Notes under the pieces: generated by a model
Databases searched by the model: none
What the model was told of the DNA's origin: nothing
Seen by the model: the letters and a program-made list of their open reading frames with translations, nothing else
IMG/VR virus record: IMGVR_UViG_2703718843_000007
DNA length: 19,983 nucleotides
DNA from: a virus
Lineage: Duplodnaviria > Heunggongvirae > Uroviricota > Caudoviricetes
Strand: one strand, 5' to 3'
In this document: positions 1 to 9,605 of the stretch, piece by piece
How the letters are laid out: each line of letters starts with the position of its first letter
How positions within the stretch are numbered: the stretch's first letter is position 1
Position numbers and translations under genes: made by a program

Positions 1-291
1 TTACAACCACGCCCAGTATCTCGATAAGCGCAGAGAAATGATGCAGTGGTGGGCGGATTGGCTTGATGAAAAAGTGGAGTAATCCGGACCGTACTTCTTT
101 ATCCAGGCATAAAGGCTGTGGGTGGTGATATCGAGACGTGTTGCAACGCTGGCAACAGAATAACCGCGATCAACAACCTGTTTGACTGCTTCAGTTTTAA
201 ACTCTTCGGGATAACGCTTACCGCTCATGGGCACCTCTCTTTAAGCCATCTTAAATGACTCTGAGGTGTCTGTTAAACCCGTGGCGATTCA
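1..291 (-). mobile_element. IS3-family insertion sequence, left end plus OrfA N-terminal part (ORF runs off window start); terminal inverted repeat ends at 291
   Basis: Minus-strand ORF starting at ATG 232-234 gives MSGKRYPEEFKTEAVKQVVDRGYSVASVATRLDITTHSLYAWIKKYGPD, a helix-turn-helix OrfA typical of IS3-family elements. Upstream leader on the minus strand reads TGAATCGCCACGGG..., an IS3-type terminus beginning with TG. Family assignment from memory, not searched. Confidence 0.6.
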
Positions 292-744
292 AAACTGCGT
301 GTTACGTTCGCCCTGGACTGTTGCGATCGTGAAGCCATAGACTGGGCCGCAAGCACGGGAGGTTACGATAAAGCGACAGTGCAGGATGTCATGTTAGGAG
401 CGATAGAAAAACGCTTTGGCGATAAAGTACCGGAACAGTCCATCCAGTGGCTGACAGATAACGGTTCAGCGTATAGAGCGCATGAAACATGGCAGTTCGC
501 CAGAGAGTTGAATCTGGAGCCCTGCACAACGGCAATCAGCAGTCCTCAGAGTAATGGAATGGCAGAAAGGTTCGTGAAAACGATGAAGGAAGACTACATC
601 GCGTTCATGCCGAAACCGAATGTAAGAACGGCATTGCATAATCTTGCAGTGGCGATCGAACATTACAATGAAAACCATCCGCACAGTGCGTTGGGTTATC
701 GCTCTCCGCGAGAATATCGACGTCAGCGGGTAACGTTAACTTAA
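292..744 (+). pseudogene. DDE transposase (rve integrase-core) C-terminal fragment, 5' part removed by the adjacent IS insertion
   Basis: Frame open from 277; translation ...[37 protein letters not shown]...[20 protein letters not shown] ends in the characteristic rve C-terminal motif. No N-terminal domain or start codon; abuts the IS end at 291. Confidence 0.6.
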
Positions 745-785
745 GATACACCCCCTGTCTGGAAATAAGGGGGCAAGAACAATGA

Positions 786-1529
786 TCAGATTCCCTGGTG
801 AGTAAGAATTTTACTTTCTGAACTGCTCTGAGAGTATTGACTTGGAGAAACACCAAAATAACGTCTAAATACATAAGTAAAGTATGAGACACTGGCATAA
901 CCACAGACCTTAGCTACTTTACTAATAGGATAACAACGAGTGCTGAGTAAATATTCAGCCATTTGCATCCTCTCATCAAGTATGATCTTACTGAATGATA
1001 CCCCCTCTTCTTTCAATTTCCTCTTTAGTAAACTTTCGCTGAGATATAATCTTGATGATATATCCTTAAGACGCCATGGTGCAGATAAATCCGTATGAAT
1101 AATCGTTTTAACTTTAGCCCCTGTGCTTTTCAAACATTCAAACAGAAATACTCCAAATTGTTTTTCAGAAGAAAATGCAGAGAGACATGTAAAAGCAATA
1201 GACTCATCAAAAATTTCTATGTATTCAGCACAGTGATTAGCCCAACTAATTAATCCTTTAATTAAACTGAAGTCAGCAAAGTTTATTTTTAAATAAGATG
1301 GATATTCCCTACAATCAGAAATATCCCTTAAGTTATTAGCTTTCAAATAGCGACTAATAAACTCAGCGCCAAAATCCGCCACTATCACTCTTTCAGGATA
1401 TGTCAGGAAAAAATCTCTAGAGCTAGAGTCGACAAGTACAGATGAACCTCTCTCCAGAAACACACTCTCTTTTCCGAAATAAACATCAAAGGACTCCAAA
1501 ATCAATATAACTGAACATGTAGTTGCCAT
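786..1529 (-). CDS. AraC-family transcriptional regulator, AppY-like
   Basis: 247 aa from ATG at 1529 (ORF track starts at a GTG at 1538). C-terminal AraC helix-turn-helix WRLKDISSRLYLSESLLKRKLKEEGVSFSKIILDERMQMAEYLL...CGYASVSYFTYVFRRYFGVSPSQY; overall pattern resembles prophage-borne AppY as recalled. AT-rich gene. Confidence 0.75.
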   Translation of the reverse strand: MATTCSVILILESFDVYFGKESVFLERGSSVLVDSSSRDFFLTYPERVIVADFGAEFISRYLKANNLRDISDCREYPSYLKINFADFSLIKGLISWANHCAEYIEIFDESIAFTCLSAFSSEKQFGVFLFECLKSTGAKVKTIIHTDLSAPWRLKDISSRLYLSESLLKRKLKEEGVSFSKIILDERMQMAEYLLSTRCYPISKVAKVCGYASVSYFTYVFRRYFGVSPSQYSQSSSESKILTHQGI

Positions 1530-2113
1530 ATCATCCACCCAACTTAACTGAAACCAGGATGAAGTATATGCATATAAAGTTCACTTTGCCAAACTTCAGT
1601 ATAAAAAACCACATAAAAAATAGGGTGTGATAAAAAATACCGTAACAATAAAGCAAAGGATTATAAATTCCGTTACAGTTACAAATGATACTCAAGAAAC
1701 AATTCCTTAGGAAAAACTTATTTACAGCCAATAAGTAAGACACTTATATGATATCAAGTTTTCATAAAACATAACTAGGCTAAATAGCTGCGCCTAATAC
1801 CGCTACACTTTTGCCAGCCCATGTTTGCCTCCGGGTATTGACCCCTTCTCTACGCAACTTCAGTTCCCACCACCAACTTTGCGGCAGCTTTGTAGGATCA
1901 ATGTCTAAAAGAATAATGGTGACCGATAAGAAAACGACTGAATAACTGCAAATTTTCGCTCAAAACCTTCCTGTCAGATCCATAGCGAATCAAGTGCTGA
2001 ATGTCACAGTATCGAACAGAAAACAGTGACGATCTAACCCTTCAAGAATATTCTACGATTGTTCTGTTTAGGAAAAGCAAGGCGGGAAGTCGGGAGATAA
2101 GTCATTGATAAAG

Positions 2114-2175
2114 TGGCGGAGAGAGGGGGATTTGAACCCCCGGTAGAGTTGCCCCTACTCCGGTTTTCGAGACCG
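2114..2175 (-). other. 3' fragment (about 62 nt) of tRNA-Ser(CGA): anticodon stem-loop, long variable arm, T-arm, acceptor 3' strand and CCA; 5' half absent. Likely attachment-site remnant
   Basis: Reverse complement reads CGGTCTCGAAAACCGGAGTAGGGGCAACTCTACCGGGGGTTCAAATCCCCCTCTCTCCGCCA. Anticodon loop CUCGAAA, T-loop GGTTCAAATCC. Sequence 5' of it does not form a D-arm. Confidence 0.75.
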
Positions 2176-2667
2176 ATGATACAGAGTCGAAAAATCAAAG
2201 AGTTAAAAATTTTTCTTGGAATAAATGTCTTTAAATCGTACACGAAAAATCAATGAATTACATAACATTAAAGAAGAATATTCCAAGCCTTCTTGAGGCT
2301 ACCACCTGTTTTCAGGTGTCATTCAGACGTGATTTGCCCCAGATTGGGAAAGCACGCTTTTTTCTCAGCTATCGTCCTCTTATTTTGCCGTTACATTTCT
2401 TTTTGCACTCTAATGATTAATTTACAATAATAATATCGGTAATTATTGAGTAATAATAAATTGATTATTGCAAATGTAATTTAATTCCATCTTAGCGTTA
2501 TATTCCAATCTTTAATCTCCGCATGGAACAAGTTGCATGCGTGACTATATTAAGACAACTTATAACCACCAAAACATTTGCTTTGCAAGCAAAAACAGTG
2601 ACCATTGACTCTAAGAAAATTCCGATCTATTGTTAGGGTCATCAAAGTTACTTAACAGTATTCCGAA

Positions 2668-2769
2668 ATGAAAATACAAAGCAAGCTAATTGTCTTATTA
2701 AACATTATTATTGCATTTATATTATTTGAGCTTTTAGCTCAAAAATTTGGTTTGAGTACATTATTTTAA
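2668..2769 (+). CDS. Possible small hydrophobic peptide (33 aa, one predicted transmembrane helix); speculative
   Basis: ATG at 2668, translation MKIQSKLIVLLNIIIAFILFELLAQKFGLSTLF. No clear Shine-Dalgarno; AT-rich DNA produces such ORFs by chance. Confidence 0.15.
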   Translation: MKIQSKLIVLLNIIIAFILFELLAQKFGLSTLF

Positions 2770-2917
2770 AGCAAGGTAAACAATATCGGGCACTCTAGTT
2801 TTTATAATTAACAATTAAACGTCCATAAAATGTTATTTACTTTTCTTCGCTATTGTCACATCTTAATATAGTGGCTTACGCCACTCTACTTTCATCACAT
2901 TTTGTACGTTTATGTAC

Positions 2918-2956
2918 TCGCCATGAAGCTCTTTCATGGCGATTTTTATTCTTAAT
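2918..2956 (+). terminator. Intrinsic terminator-like hairpin in AT-rich ORF-poor DNA
   Basis: TCGCCATGAA-GCTCT-TTCATGGCGA (10-bp stem) followed by TTTTTATTCTT. Confidence 0.4.
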
Positions 2957-3033
2957 CCAAGAACATACTCCCTATCTATAGCAAAATCACTTTTTGAACA
3001 AAAGAATAACGTATTTAGGTAATCATTACGAAT

Positions 3034-3705
3034 TTACCCTATAGGTGCTACTGGCCATTCAATATCCTGTGCAGTTGACGTATCAACACGGTTCAGCAAT
3101 ACCCGATACTTTTTCCAGGCTTCCAGCAACAAGGTTTCTTCCTCCGTTGCGATTTCCAGATCCACAGCATCCTGAAGCGGCGCTATATGCTCACTGGCTA
3201 TCAGTTCATCCAGCGCGGCTGCTTTGTTCATGGCTTTGATGATATCCCGTTTCAGGAAATCAACATGTCGGTTTTCCAGTTCCGGAAAACGCCGCTGCAC
3301 CGACAGGGGGATCCCGTCGAGAATACTGGCAATTTCACCTGCGATCCGCGACAACACGAAAGTACAGAATGCGGTTTCCACCACTTCAGCGGAGTCTCTG
3401 GCATTCTTCAGTTCCTGTGCGTCGGCCTGCGCACGCGTAAGTCGATGGCGTTCGTACTCAATAGTCCCTGGCTGGAGATCTGCCTCGCTGGCCTGCCGCA
3501 GTTCTTCAACCTCCCGGCGCAGCTTTTCGTTCTCAATTTCAGCATCCCTTTCGGCATACCATTTTATGACGGCGGCAGAGTCATAAAGCACCTCATTACC
3601 CTTGCCACCGCCTCGCAGAACGGGCATTCCCTGTTCCTGCCAGTTCTGAATGGTACGGATACTCGCACCGAAAATGTCAGCCAGCTGCTTTTTGTTGACT
3701 TCCAT
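3034..3705 (-). CDS. nohD: Terminase small subunit Nu1 homolog; N-terminal ~167 aa lambda-Nu1-like, C-terminal ~56 aa divergent (reads into foreign DNA)
   Basis: [64 protein letters not shown]... matches lambda Nu1 as recalled through ...[12 protein letters not shown] at 3705 preceded by GGAATGAAC RBS. No terminase large subunit follows. Confidence 0.85.
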   Translation of the reverse strand: MEVNKKQLADIFGASIRTIQNWQEQGMPVLRGGGKGNEVLYDSAAVIKWYAERDAEIENEKLRREVEELRQASEADLQPGTIEYERHRLTRAQADAQELKNARDSAEVVETAFCTFVLSRIAGEIASILDGIPLSVQRRFPELENRHVDFLKRDIIKAMNKAAALDELIASEHIAPLQDAVDLEIATEEETLLLEAWKKYRVLLNRVDTSTAQDIEWPVAPIG

Positions 3706-3882
3706 TGTTCATTCCACGGACAAAAACAGAGAAAGGAAACGACAGAGGCCAAAAAGCTCGCTTTCAGCACCTGTCGCTTCCTTTCTTTTCAGAGGGTATT
3801 TTAAATAAAAACATTAAGTTATGACGAAGAAGAACGGAAACGCCTTAAACCGGAAAATTTTCATAAATAGCGAAAACCCGCG

Positions 3883-3894
3883 AGGTCGCCGCCC
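3883..3894 (-). other. cosN cohesive-end sequence (GGGCGGCGACCT on minus strand), flanked by lambda left-end and right-end sequence; cos region spans roughly 3706..3950
   Basis: Reverse complement of 3871..3920 reads ...GGCGATCCGACAGGTTACG GGGCGGCGACCT CGCGGGTTTTCGCTATTTATGAAAATTTTCCGG..., the lambda cos junction as recalled. Confidence 0.85.
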
Positions 3895-4093
3895 CGTAAC
3901 CTGTCGGATCGCCGGAAAGGACCCGCAAAATGATAATAATTATCATCTACATGTCACAACGTGCATCTACGCCATCAAACCACGTCAAATAATCAATTAT
4001 GACGCAGGTATCGTATTAATTGATCTGCATCAACTTAACGTAAAAACAACTTCAGACAATACAAATCAGCGACACTGAATACGGGGCAACCTC

Positions 4094-4288
4094 ATGTCAA
4101 CGAAGAACAGAACCCGCAGAACAACAACCCGCAACATCCGCTTTCCTAACCAAATGATTGAACAAATTAACATCGCTCTTGAGCAAAAAGGGTCCGGGAA
4201 TTTCTCAGCCTGGGTCATTGAAGCCTGCCGTCGGAGACTAACGTCAGAAAAGAGAGCATATACATCAATTAAAAGTGATGAAGAATGA
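4094..4288 (+). CDS. ylcI: YlcI-like small protein (DUF3950)
   Basis: 64 aa MSTKNRTRRTTTRNIRFPNQMIEQINIALEQKGSGNFSAWVIEACRRRL...; same position as in the DLP12 and lambda right end. Confidence 0.8.
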   Translation: MSTKNRTRRTTTRNIRFPNQMIEQINIALEQKGSGNFSAWVIEACRRRLTSEKRAYTSIKSDEE

Positions 4289-4452
4289 ACATCCCGCGTT
4301 CTTCCCTCCGAACAGGACGATATTGTAAATTCACTTAATTACGAGGGCATTGCAGTAATTGAGTTGCAGTTTTACCACTTTCCTGACAGTGACAGACTGC
4401 GTGTTGGCTCTGTCACAGGCTAAATAGTTTGAATGATTAGCAGTTATGGTGA

Positions 4453-4659
4453 TCAGTCAACCACCAGGGAATAATCCTTCATATTATTATCGTGCTTCAC
4501 CAACGCTGCCTCAATTGCTCTGAATGCTTCCAGAGACACCTTATGTTCTATACATGCAATTACAACATCAGGGTAACTCATAGAAATGGTGCTATTAAGC
4601 ATATTTTTTACACGAATCAGATCCACGGAGGGATCATCAGCAGATTGTTCTTTATTCAT
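4453..4659 (-). CDS. ybcW: YbcW-like small protein
   Basis: 68 aa [68 protein letters not shown]; GGAGCG RBS before ATG at 4659. Confidence 0.8.
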
Positions 4660-4944
4660 TTTGTCGCTCCATGCGCTTGCTCTTCATCTAGCGGTTAAAA
4701 TATTACTTCAAATCTTTCTGTATGAAGATTTGAGCACGTTGGCCTTACATACATCTGTCGGTTGTATTTCCCTCCAGAATGCCAGCAGGACCGCACTTTG
4801 TTACGCAACCAATACTATTAAGTGAAAACATTCCTAATATTTGACATAAATCATCAACAAAACACAAAGAGGTCAGACCAGATTGAAACGATAAAAACGA
4901 TAATGCAAACTACGCGCCCTCGTATCACATGGAAGGTTTTACCA

Positions 4945-5355
4945 ATGGCTCAGGTTGCCATTTTTAAAGAAATATTCGATCAAGTGCGAAAAGATTTAAA
5001 CTGTGAATTGTTTTATTCTGAACTAAAACGTCACAACGTCTCACATTATATTTACTATCTAGCCACAGATAATATTCACATCGTGTTAGAAAACGATAAC
5101 ACCGTGTTAATAAAAGGACTTAAAAAGGTTGTAAATGTTAAATTCTCAAGAAACACGCATCTTATAGAAACGTCCTATGATAGGTTGAAATCAAGAGAAA
5201 TCACATTTCAGCAATACAGGGAAAATCTTGCTAAAGCAGGAGTTTTCCGATGGGTTACAAATATCCATGAACATAAAAGATATTACTATACCTTTGATAA
5301 TTCATTACTATTTACTGAGAGCATTCAGAACACTACACAAATCTTTCCACGCTAA
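4945..5355 (+). CDS. ybcV: YbcV-like protein (DUF1398)
   Basis: 136 aa from ATG 4945 ([47 protein letters not shown]...) with GGAAGG RBS. The ORF track's longer 4822 start is a GTG without RBS. Confidence 0.8.
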   Translation: MAQVAIFKEIFDQVRKDLNCELFYSELKRHNVSHYIYYLATDNIHIVLENDNTVLIKGLKKVVNVKFSRNTHLIETSYDRLKSREITFQQYRENLAKAGVFRWVTNIHEHKRYYYTFDNSLLFTESIQNTTQIFPR

Positions 5356-5645
5356 ATCATAACGTCCGGTTTCTTCCGTGTCAGCACCGGGGCGTTGGCA
5401 TAATGCAATACGTGTACGCGCTAAACCCTGTGTGCATCGTTTTTAATTATTCCCGGACACTCCCGCAGAGAAGTTCCCCGTCAGGGCTGTGGACATAGTT
5501 AATCCGGGAATACAATGACGATTCATCGCACCTGACATACATTAATAAATATTAACAATATGAAATTTCAACTCATTGTTTAGGGTTTGTTTAATTTTCT
5601 ACACATACGATTCTGCGAACTTCAAAAAGCATCGGGAATAACACC

Positions 5646-5939
5646 ATGAAAAAAATGCTACTCGCTACTGCGCTGGCCCTGCTTATTACAGGATGTGCTC
5701 AACAGACGTTTACTGTTCAAAACAAACCGGCAGCAGTAGCACCAAAGGAAACCATCACCCATCATTTCTTCGTTTCTGGAATTGGGCAGAAGAAAACTGT
5801 CGATGCAGCCAAAATTTGTGGCGGCGCAGAAAATGTTGTTAAAACAGAAACCCAGCAAACATTCGTAAATGGATTGCTCGGTTTTATTACTTTAGGCATT
5901 TATACTCCGCTGGAAGCGCGTGTGTATTGCTCACAATAA
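5646..5939 (+). CDS. borD: Bor outer-membrane lipoprotein (serum-resistance, lysogenic-conversion type)
   Basis: 97 aa MKKMLLATALALLITGCAQ... with lipobox LITGC; opposite in orientation to the lysis genes, as in lambda. Confidence 0.9.
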   Translation: MKKMLLATALALLITGCAQQTFTVQNKPAAVAPKETITHHFFVSGIGQKKTVDAAKICGGAENVVKTETQQTFVNGLLGFITLGIYTPLEARVYCSQ

Positions 5940-5970
5940 TTGCATGAGTTGCCCATCGATATGGGCAACT

Positions 5971-6432
5971 CTATCTGCACTGCTCATTAATATACTTCTG
6001 GGTTCCTTCCAGTTGTTTTTGCATAGTGATCAGCCTCTCTCTGAGGGTGAAATAATCCCGTTCAGCGGTGTCTGCCAGTCGGGGGGAGGCTGCATTATCC
6101 ACGCCGGAGGCGGTGGTGGCTTCACGCACTGACTGACAGACTGCTTTGATGTGCAACCGACGACGACCAGCGGCAACATCATCACGCAGAGCATCATTTT
6201 CAGCTTTCGCATCAGCTAACTCCTTCGTGTATTTTGCATCGAGCGCAGCAACATCACGCTGACGCATCTGCATGTCAGTAATTGCCGCGTTCGCCAGCTT
6301 CAGTTCTCTGGCATTTTTGTCGCGCTGGGCTTTGTAGGTAATGGCGTTATCACGGTAATGATTAACAGCCCATGACAGGTAGACGATGATGCAGATAACC
6401 AGAGCGGAGATAATCGCGGTTACTCTGTTCAT
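5971..6432 (-). CDS. rzpD: Rz inner-membrane spanin
   Basis: 153 aa [40 protein letters not shown]...; start ATG overlaps the endolysin stop (ATGA). Confidence 0.9.
   Translation of the reverse strand: MNRVTAIISALVICIIVYLSWAVNHYRDNAITYKAQRDKNARELKLANAAITDMQMRQRDVAALDAKYTKELADAKAENDALRDDVAAGRRRLHIKAVCQSVREATTASGVDNAASPRLADTAERDYFTLRERLITMQKQLEGTQKYINEQCR
6030..6212 (-). CDS. rzoD: Rz1 outer-membrane lipoprotein spanin, embedded in the +1 frame of Rz
   Basis: 60 aa [60 protein letters not shown]; lipobox VVGC and proline-rich region. Confidence 0.85.
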   Translation of the reverse strand: MRKLKMMLCVMMLPLVVVGCTSKQSVSQCVKPPPPPAWIMQPPPDWQTPLNGIISPSERG

Positions 6433-6926
6433 TGCTGACCCCACAAACAGATTTCACGCTCAATCTCACGACGAGTCATGAGACCTTTCCATTGCTTACC
6501 GCCAGCATATGTCCAGCGACGTAGCTGATCACATGCGCCTTTGATATCGCCCTGGTTTATTTTGCGAAGAAGCGTCGATGTTCTGAAATTGCCAGCACCC
6601 ACGTTGTAAACGAATGAGTAAAGAGCGCCGCGCGTTGTTTCCGGTATATCGACTTTGATGTACGGGTTAATTTGTCTGGCGACAGTGGCAAGGTCTTTAT
6701 TCAAGAGTGCTTTGCATTCTGCTTTGGTATACGTTTTACCGAGCATGATGTCTTTTCCGGTGTGTCCGTGACATACAGTCCATACGCCAACGATATCTTT
6801 GTATGGTACGTAGCTGACACCTTCCAGACCATCGTTACCACTTGGGCCAGTAATTAACACTGATGCTATAGCAATTGCTCCGCCACCAATAGCAGCAGCA
6901 ACGGCTTTTCGTAATGATGGAGGCAT
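6429..6926 (-). CDS. rrrD: SAR (signal-anchor-release) endolysin, phage 21 R type, T4-lysozyme fold
   Basis: 165 aa [30 protein letters not shown]... (Gly/Ala-rich N-terminal SAR domain) followed by lysozyme motifs; start overlaps the holin stop (TAATG). Confidence 0.9.
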   Translation of the reverse strand: MPPSLRKAVAAAIGGGAIAIASVLITGPSGNDGLEGVSYVPYKDIVGVWTVCHGHTGKDIMLGKTYTKAECKALLNKDLATVARQINPYIKVDIPETTRGALYSFVYNVGAGNFRTSTLLRKINQGDIKGACDQLRRWTYAGGKQWKGLMTRREIEREICLWGQQ

Positions 6927-7141
6927 TATTCACCTCTCGCAGCCTTGCGCTTATCTTCTTTAATCTTGAAATAAAGGTTTGTCAGGTACGTCAGCAGGCC
7001 AAATACCAGGCTACCCAGCACACCTATTGCTGCCCACTGTGAGGGCGTGACTTTATCGAGCAGCTGTAAAAACCAGTAACCGGCACTACCTGCTGAGGTG
7101 CCATAGGCGACACCCGTTGTTAACTTATCCATGGATTTCAT
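6926..7141 (-). CDS. essD: Class II holin, S21 (pinholin) type with dual-start motif
   Basis: 71 aa [71 protein letters not shown]; GAGGTG RBS. The ORF track's upstream extension is unlikely. Confidence 0.9.
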
Positions 7142-7267
7142 AACCCCACCTCGCAGACAAAGCGGGTGTAAATTGAGGGAATACAACGTATCGCAAAAAA
7201 GCAGAAACGTAACAGACTCGGAGTCAGTGAATAACTCAGGTATTGGGTTATCAGCTAATATCGAGAC

Positions 7268-7302
7268 TCAAAAAATGGAAAAACCCGCTCGACGGCGGGT
7301 TT
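7268..7302 (-). terminator. Intrinsic terminator on the late (minus) strand upstream of the lysis cassette; tR'-like
   Basis: Minus-strand RNA reads AAACCCGCC-GUCGA-GCGGGUUU followed by UUCCAUUUUUU. Confidence 0.5.
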
Positions 7303-7728
7303 AAGCTGTGTGACGAAGTAACCACTCTTAACAGCATAACCAATTTTTTACGTACGTAAACCACTAAATGATATTTGCGAGAATGCTACCGAGTATTGAA
7401 AACACCACTACAAATACATAAGCAAATCTCAACAAATAACCAACAAATAATTTCCAGCGTTATTTTTAGCTGGTTTAAATTGAATCTTCAAATTATAGAG
7501 CACTTATAAATAACAGCCATTAATATAAATTGGCTAATAGATTTATTTTTATTCAGCCAAGAGCCATGAATAGGATTCGATAGAAAAAGTTCAGATAAAA
7601 ATAGAGATCTACTTCACAAATCAAATGAGAAACCAAAACTTACATCTTGAAATAATCACATTGATTAGATGAATATTTATCGCGCAGTGACATCATTTTT
7701 TAATAATAGTTCAAAAAAAGGGCTCACG

Positions 7729-8811
7729 ATGAAAAAATTAACAGTGGCAATTTCTGCTGTAGCTGCATCAGTACTGATGGCGATGTCTGCTCAGGCAGCT
7801 GAAATTTATAATAAAGACAGTAACAAGCTGGATCTGTACGGGAAAGTTAATGCTAAGCACTACTTCTCCTCTAATGATGCAGATGATGGTGATACTACTT
7901 ATGCCCGTCTTGGCTTCAAAGGTGAAACCCAAATCAACGATCAACTGACTGGTTTCGGTCAGTGGGAATATGAATTCAAAGGCAACCGCGCTGAATCTCA
8001 AGGTTCCTCCAAAGATAAAACCCGTCTTGCCTTCGCTGGCCTGAAATTCGGTGACTACGGCTCCATCGATTATGGCCGTAACTACGGTGTAGCATACGAT
8101 ATTGGTGCATGGACCGACGTTCTGCCAGAATTCGGTGGCGATACCTGGACCCAAACAGATGTATTCATGACTGGTCGCACCACAGGTGTTGCAACTTATC
8201 GTAACAATGACTTCTTTGGTCTGGTTGATGGTCTGAACTTTGCTGCTCAGTATCAGGGTAAAAATGACCGCACTGACGTAACTGAAGCTAATGGTGATGG
8301 TTTCGGTTTCTCCACTACTTATGAGTATGAAGGATTCGGTGTAGGTGCAACCTATGCTAAATCTGACCGCACTAATAATCAGGTTATCTACGGTAACAAC
8401 AGCCTGAATGCATCTGGTCAAAATGCTGAAGTATGGGCAGCTGGTCTGAAATATGATGCGAACAACATCTATCTGGCTACCACCTATTCTGAAACCCAGA
8501 ACATGACTGTTTTTGGTAATAACCATATTGCCAACAAAGCACAAAACTTCGAAGTAGTTGCACAATATCAGTTCGACTTCGGTCTGCGTCCGTCCGTTGC
8601 TTACCTGCAATCTAAAGGAAAAGACTTGGGTGCGTGGGGTGATCAGGACCTGGTTGAATATATTGATGTAGGTGCAACCTATTACTTCAACAAAAATATG
8701 TCCACTTTTGTTGATTACAAAATCAACCTGATTGATAAGAGCGATTTCACGAAAGCATCTGGCGTTGCTACCGATGATATCGTTGCTGTAGGTATGGTTT
8801 ACCAGTTCTAA
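7729..8811 (+). CDS. nmpC: General porin of the OmpC/OmpF family, NmpC/Lc type (prophage-encoded)
   Basis: 360 aa precursor [23 protein letters not shown]|[17 protein letters not shown]... ending ...VAVGMVYQF. Intact; oriented opposite to Q and the lysis genes. Confidence 0.9.
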   Translation: MKKLTVAISAVAASVLMAMSAQAAEIYNKDSNKLDLYGKVNAKHYFSSNDADDGDTTYARLGFKGETQINDQLTGFGQWEYEFKGNRAESQGSSKDKTRLAFAGLKFGDYGSIDYGRNYGVAYDIGAWTDVLPEFGGDTWTQTDVFMTGRTTGVATYRNNDFFGLVDGLNFAAQYQGKNDRTDVTEANGDGFGFSTTYEYEGFGVGATYAKSDRTNNQVIYGNNSLNASGQNAEVWAAGLKYDANNIYLATTYSETQNMTVFGNNHIANKAQNFEVVAQYQFDFGLRPSVAYLQSKGKDLGAWGDQDLVEYIDVGATYYFNKNMSTFVDYKINLIDKSDFTKASGVATDDIVAVGMVYQF

Positions 8812-8947
8812 TTTGATTACTAAAAGATATGTTGCGGGAGGCTTTGCCTCCCCAACATATAAGTGGCTCCCTCAAGCCACTTCCTTTAGGAGCACAACCT
8901 TGCTTCTAACTATATAAACCTTCTGTTATATATTACCCTTTATTTTT

Positions 8948-8976
8948 GGGGGCGTCTCAACGCCCCATTTTTAATA
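8948..8976 (+). terminator. Intrinsic terminator for the porin transcript
   Basis: GGGGCGT-CTCA-ACGCCCC followed by ATTTTTAATAATTTTT; located between the convergent porin and Q genes. Confidence 0.6.
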
Positions 8977-8999
8977 ATTTTTAGTAAACAATTGGCATA

Positions 9000-9383
9000 T
9001 TAATTAGAGTTATTAACAACGATATCCATCTCTAACCGGATATCTAATGCCATTAACATCCCTTCAATTATACCCTCAGCCTTCTGTAACCTTTTCCCGA
9101 TATAACCATCAGAGCAGCAATGCTTACCTGCCAGTGACATGAATGTCATACCGACTACATAATAATCTACTAATAAATCGTGCAAATCGCTGTTGTTCTT
9201 TTTCAGACGGGCCATGCACCCGCAAATGATCATCGCGTCATCGTCACAACATTGCGGGCGAGATTTTACTTTTGAAGTAATTAATCCCTTAAAACCGGCG
9301 GCAATGGACGACCAGGTCACATCTTCATGATTATTAGCCGCCCACGCTCCCCAACGCTCAAGAACCATCTGAATATCACGCAT
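9000..9383 (-). CDS. quuD: Late-gene antiterminator Q (phage 21/82-like)
   Basis: 127 aa from ATG 9383 ([34 protein letters not shown]...[16 protein letters not shown]...). The ORF track offers a start 15 nt upstream at 9398. Confidence 0.9.
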   Translation of the reverse strand: MRDIQMVLERWGAWAANNHEDVTWSSIAAGFKGLITSKVKSRPQCCDDDAMIICGCMARLKKNNSDLHDLLVDYYVVGMTFMSLAGKHCCSDGYIGKRLQKAEGIIEGMLMALDIRLEMDIVVNNSN

Positions 9384-9468
9384 CAACTTACTCCACAAAA
9401 ATCAGACCAGAACGCCAATTACAAGCAAAAATCAATAAAACAGTATTAGTTGATTGTTATCTCTGACT

Positions 9469-9591
9469 TCATACTCCTGCTCCTGTCAGGGTTTTGGCGT
9501 AATTCCTCAGTATTCGGTAATCGGTCAAAACAGAACTGGGGAAACGATATAAGCGCAGGCGCATCCAGCGGTGGCGAAGAAGTTCTGCCAT
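9469..9591 (-). CDS. ylcG: YlcG-like small protein
   Basis: 40 aa MAELLRHRWMRLRLYRFPSSVLTDYRILRNYAKTLTGAGV; not in ORF track (too short), translated by hand between Q and rusA. Confidence 0.65.
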   Translation of the reverse strand: MAELLRHRWMRLRLYRFPSSVLTDYRILRNYAKTLTGAGV

Positions 9592-9605
9592 ATTAAACTC
9601 AAACA

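Noticed and set aside
1531-2243. 70-aa and 69-aa minus-strand ORFs (1531..1743 and 2034..2243)
   Set aside because: Low-complexity hydrophobic translations of AT-rich DNA; the second overlaps the tRNA fragment; no RBS.
3187-3804. 205-aa and 120-aa plus-strand ORFs over the Nu1 gene
   Set aside because: Antisense to the clearly conserved Nu1 reading frame and running through the cos region; no start context.
3821-4078. 85-aa ORF on the plus strand
   Set aside because: Spans cosN and the lambda right-end noncoding sequence; this DNA is a packaging site, not a gene.
7768-8610. 280-aa ORF on the minus strand
   Set aside because: Lies entirely antisense to the porin gene, whose product is unmistakable; composition is an artefact of reading Gly/Thr/Asn-rich porin codons backwards.
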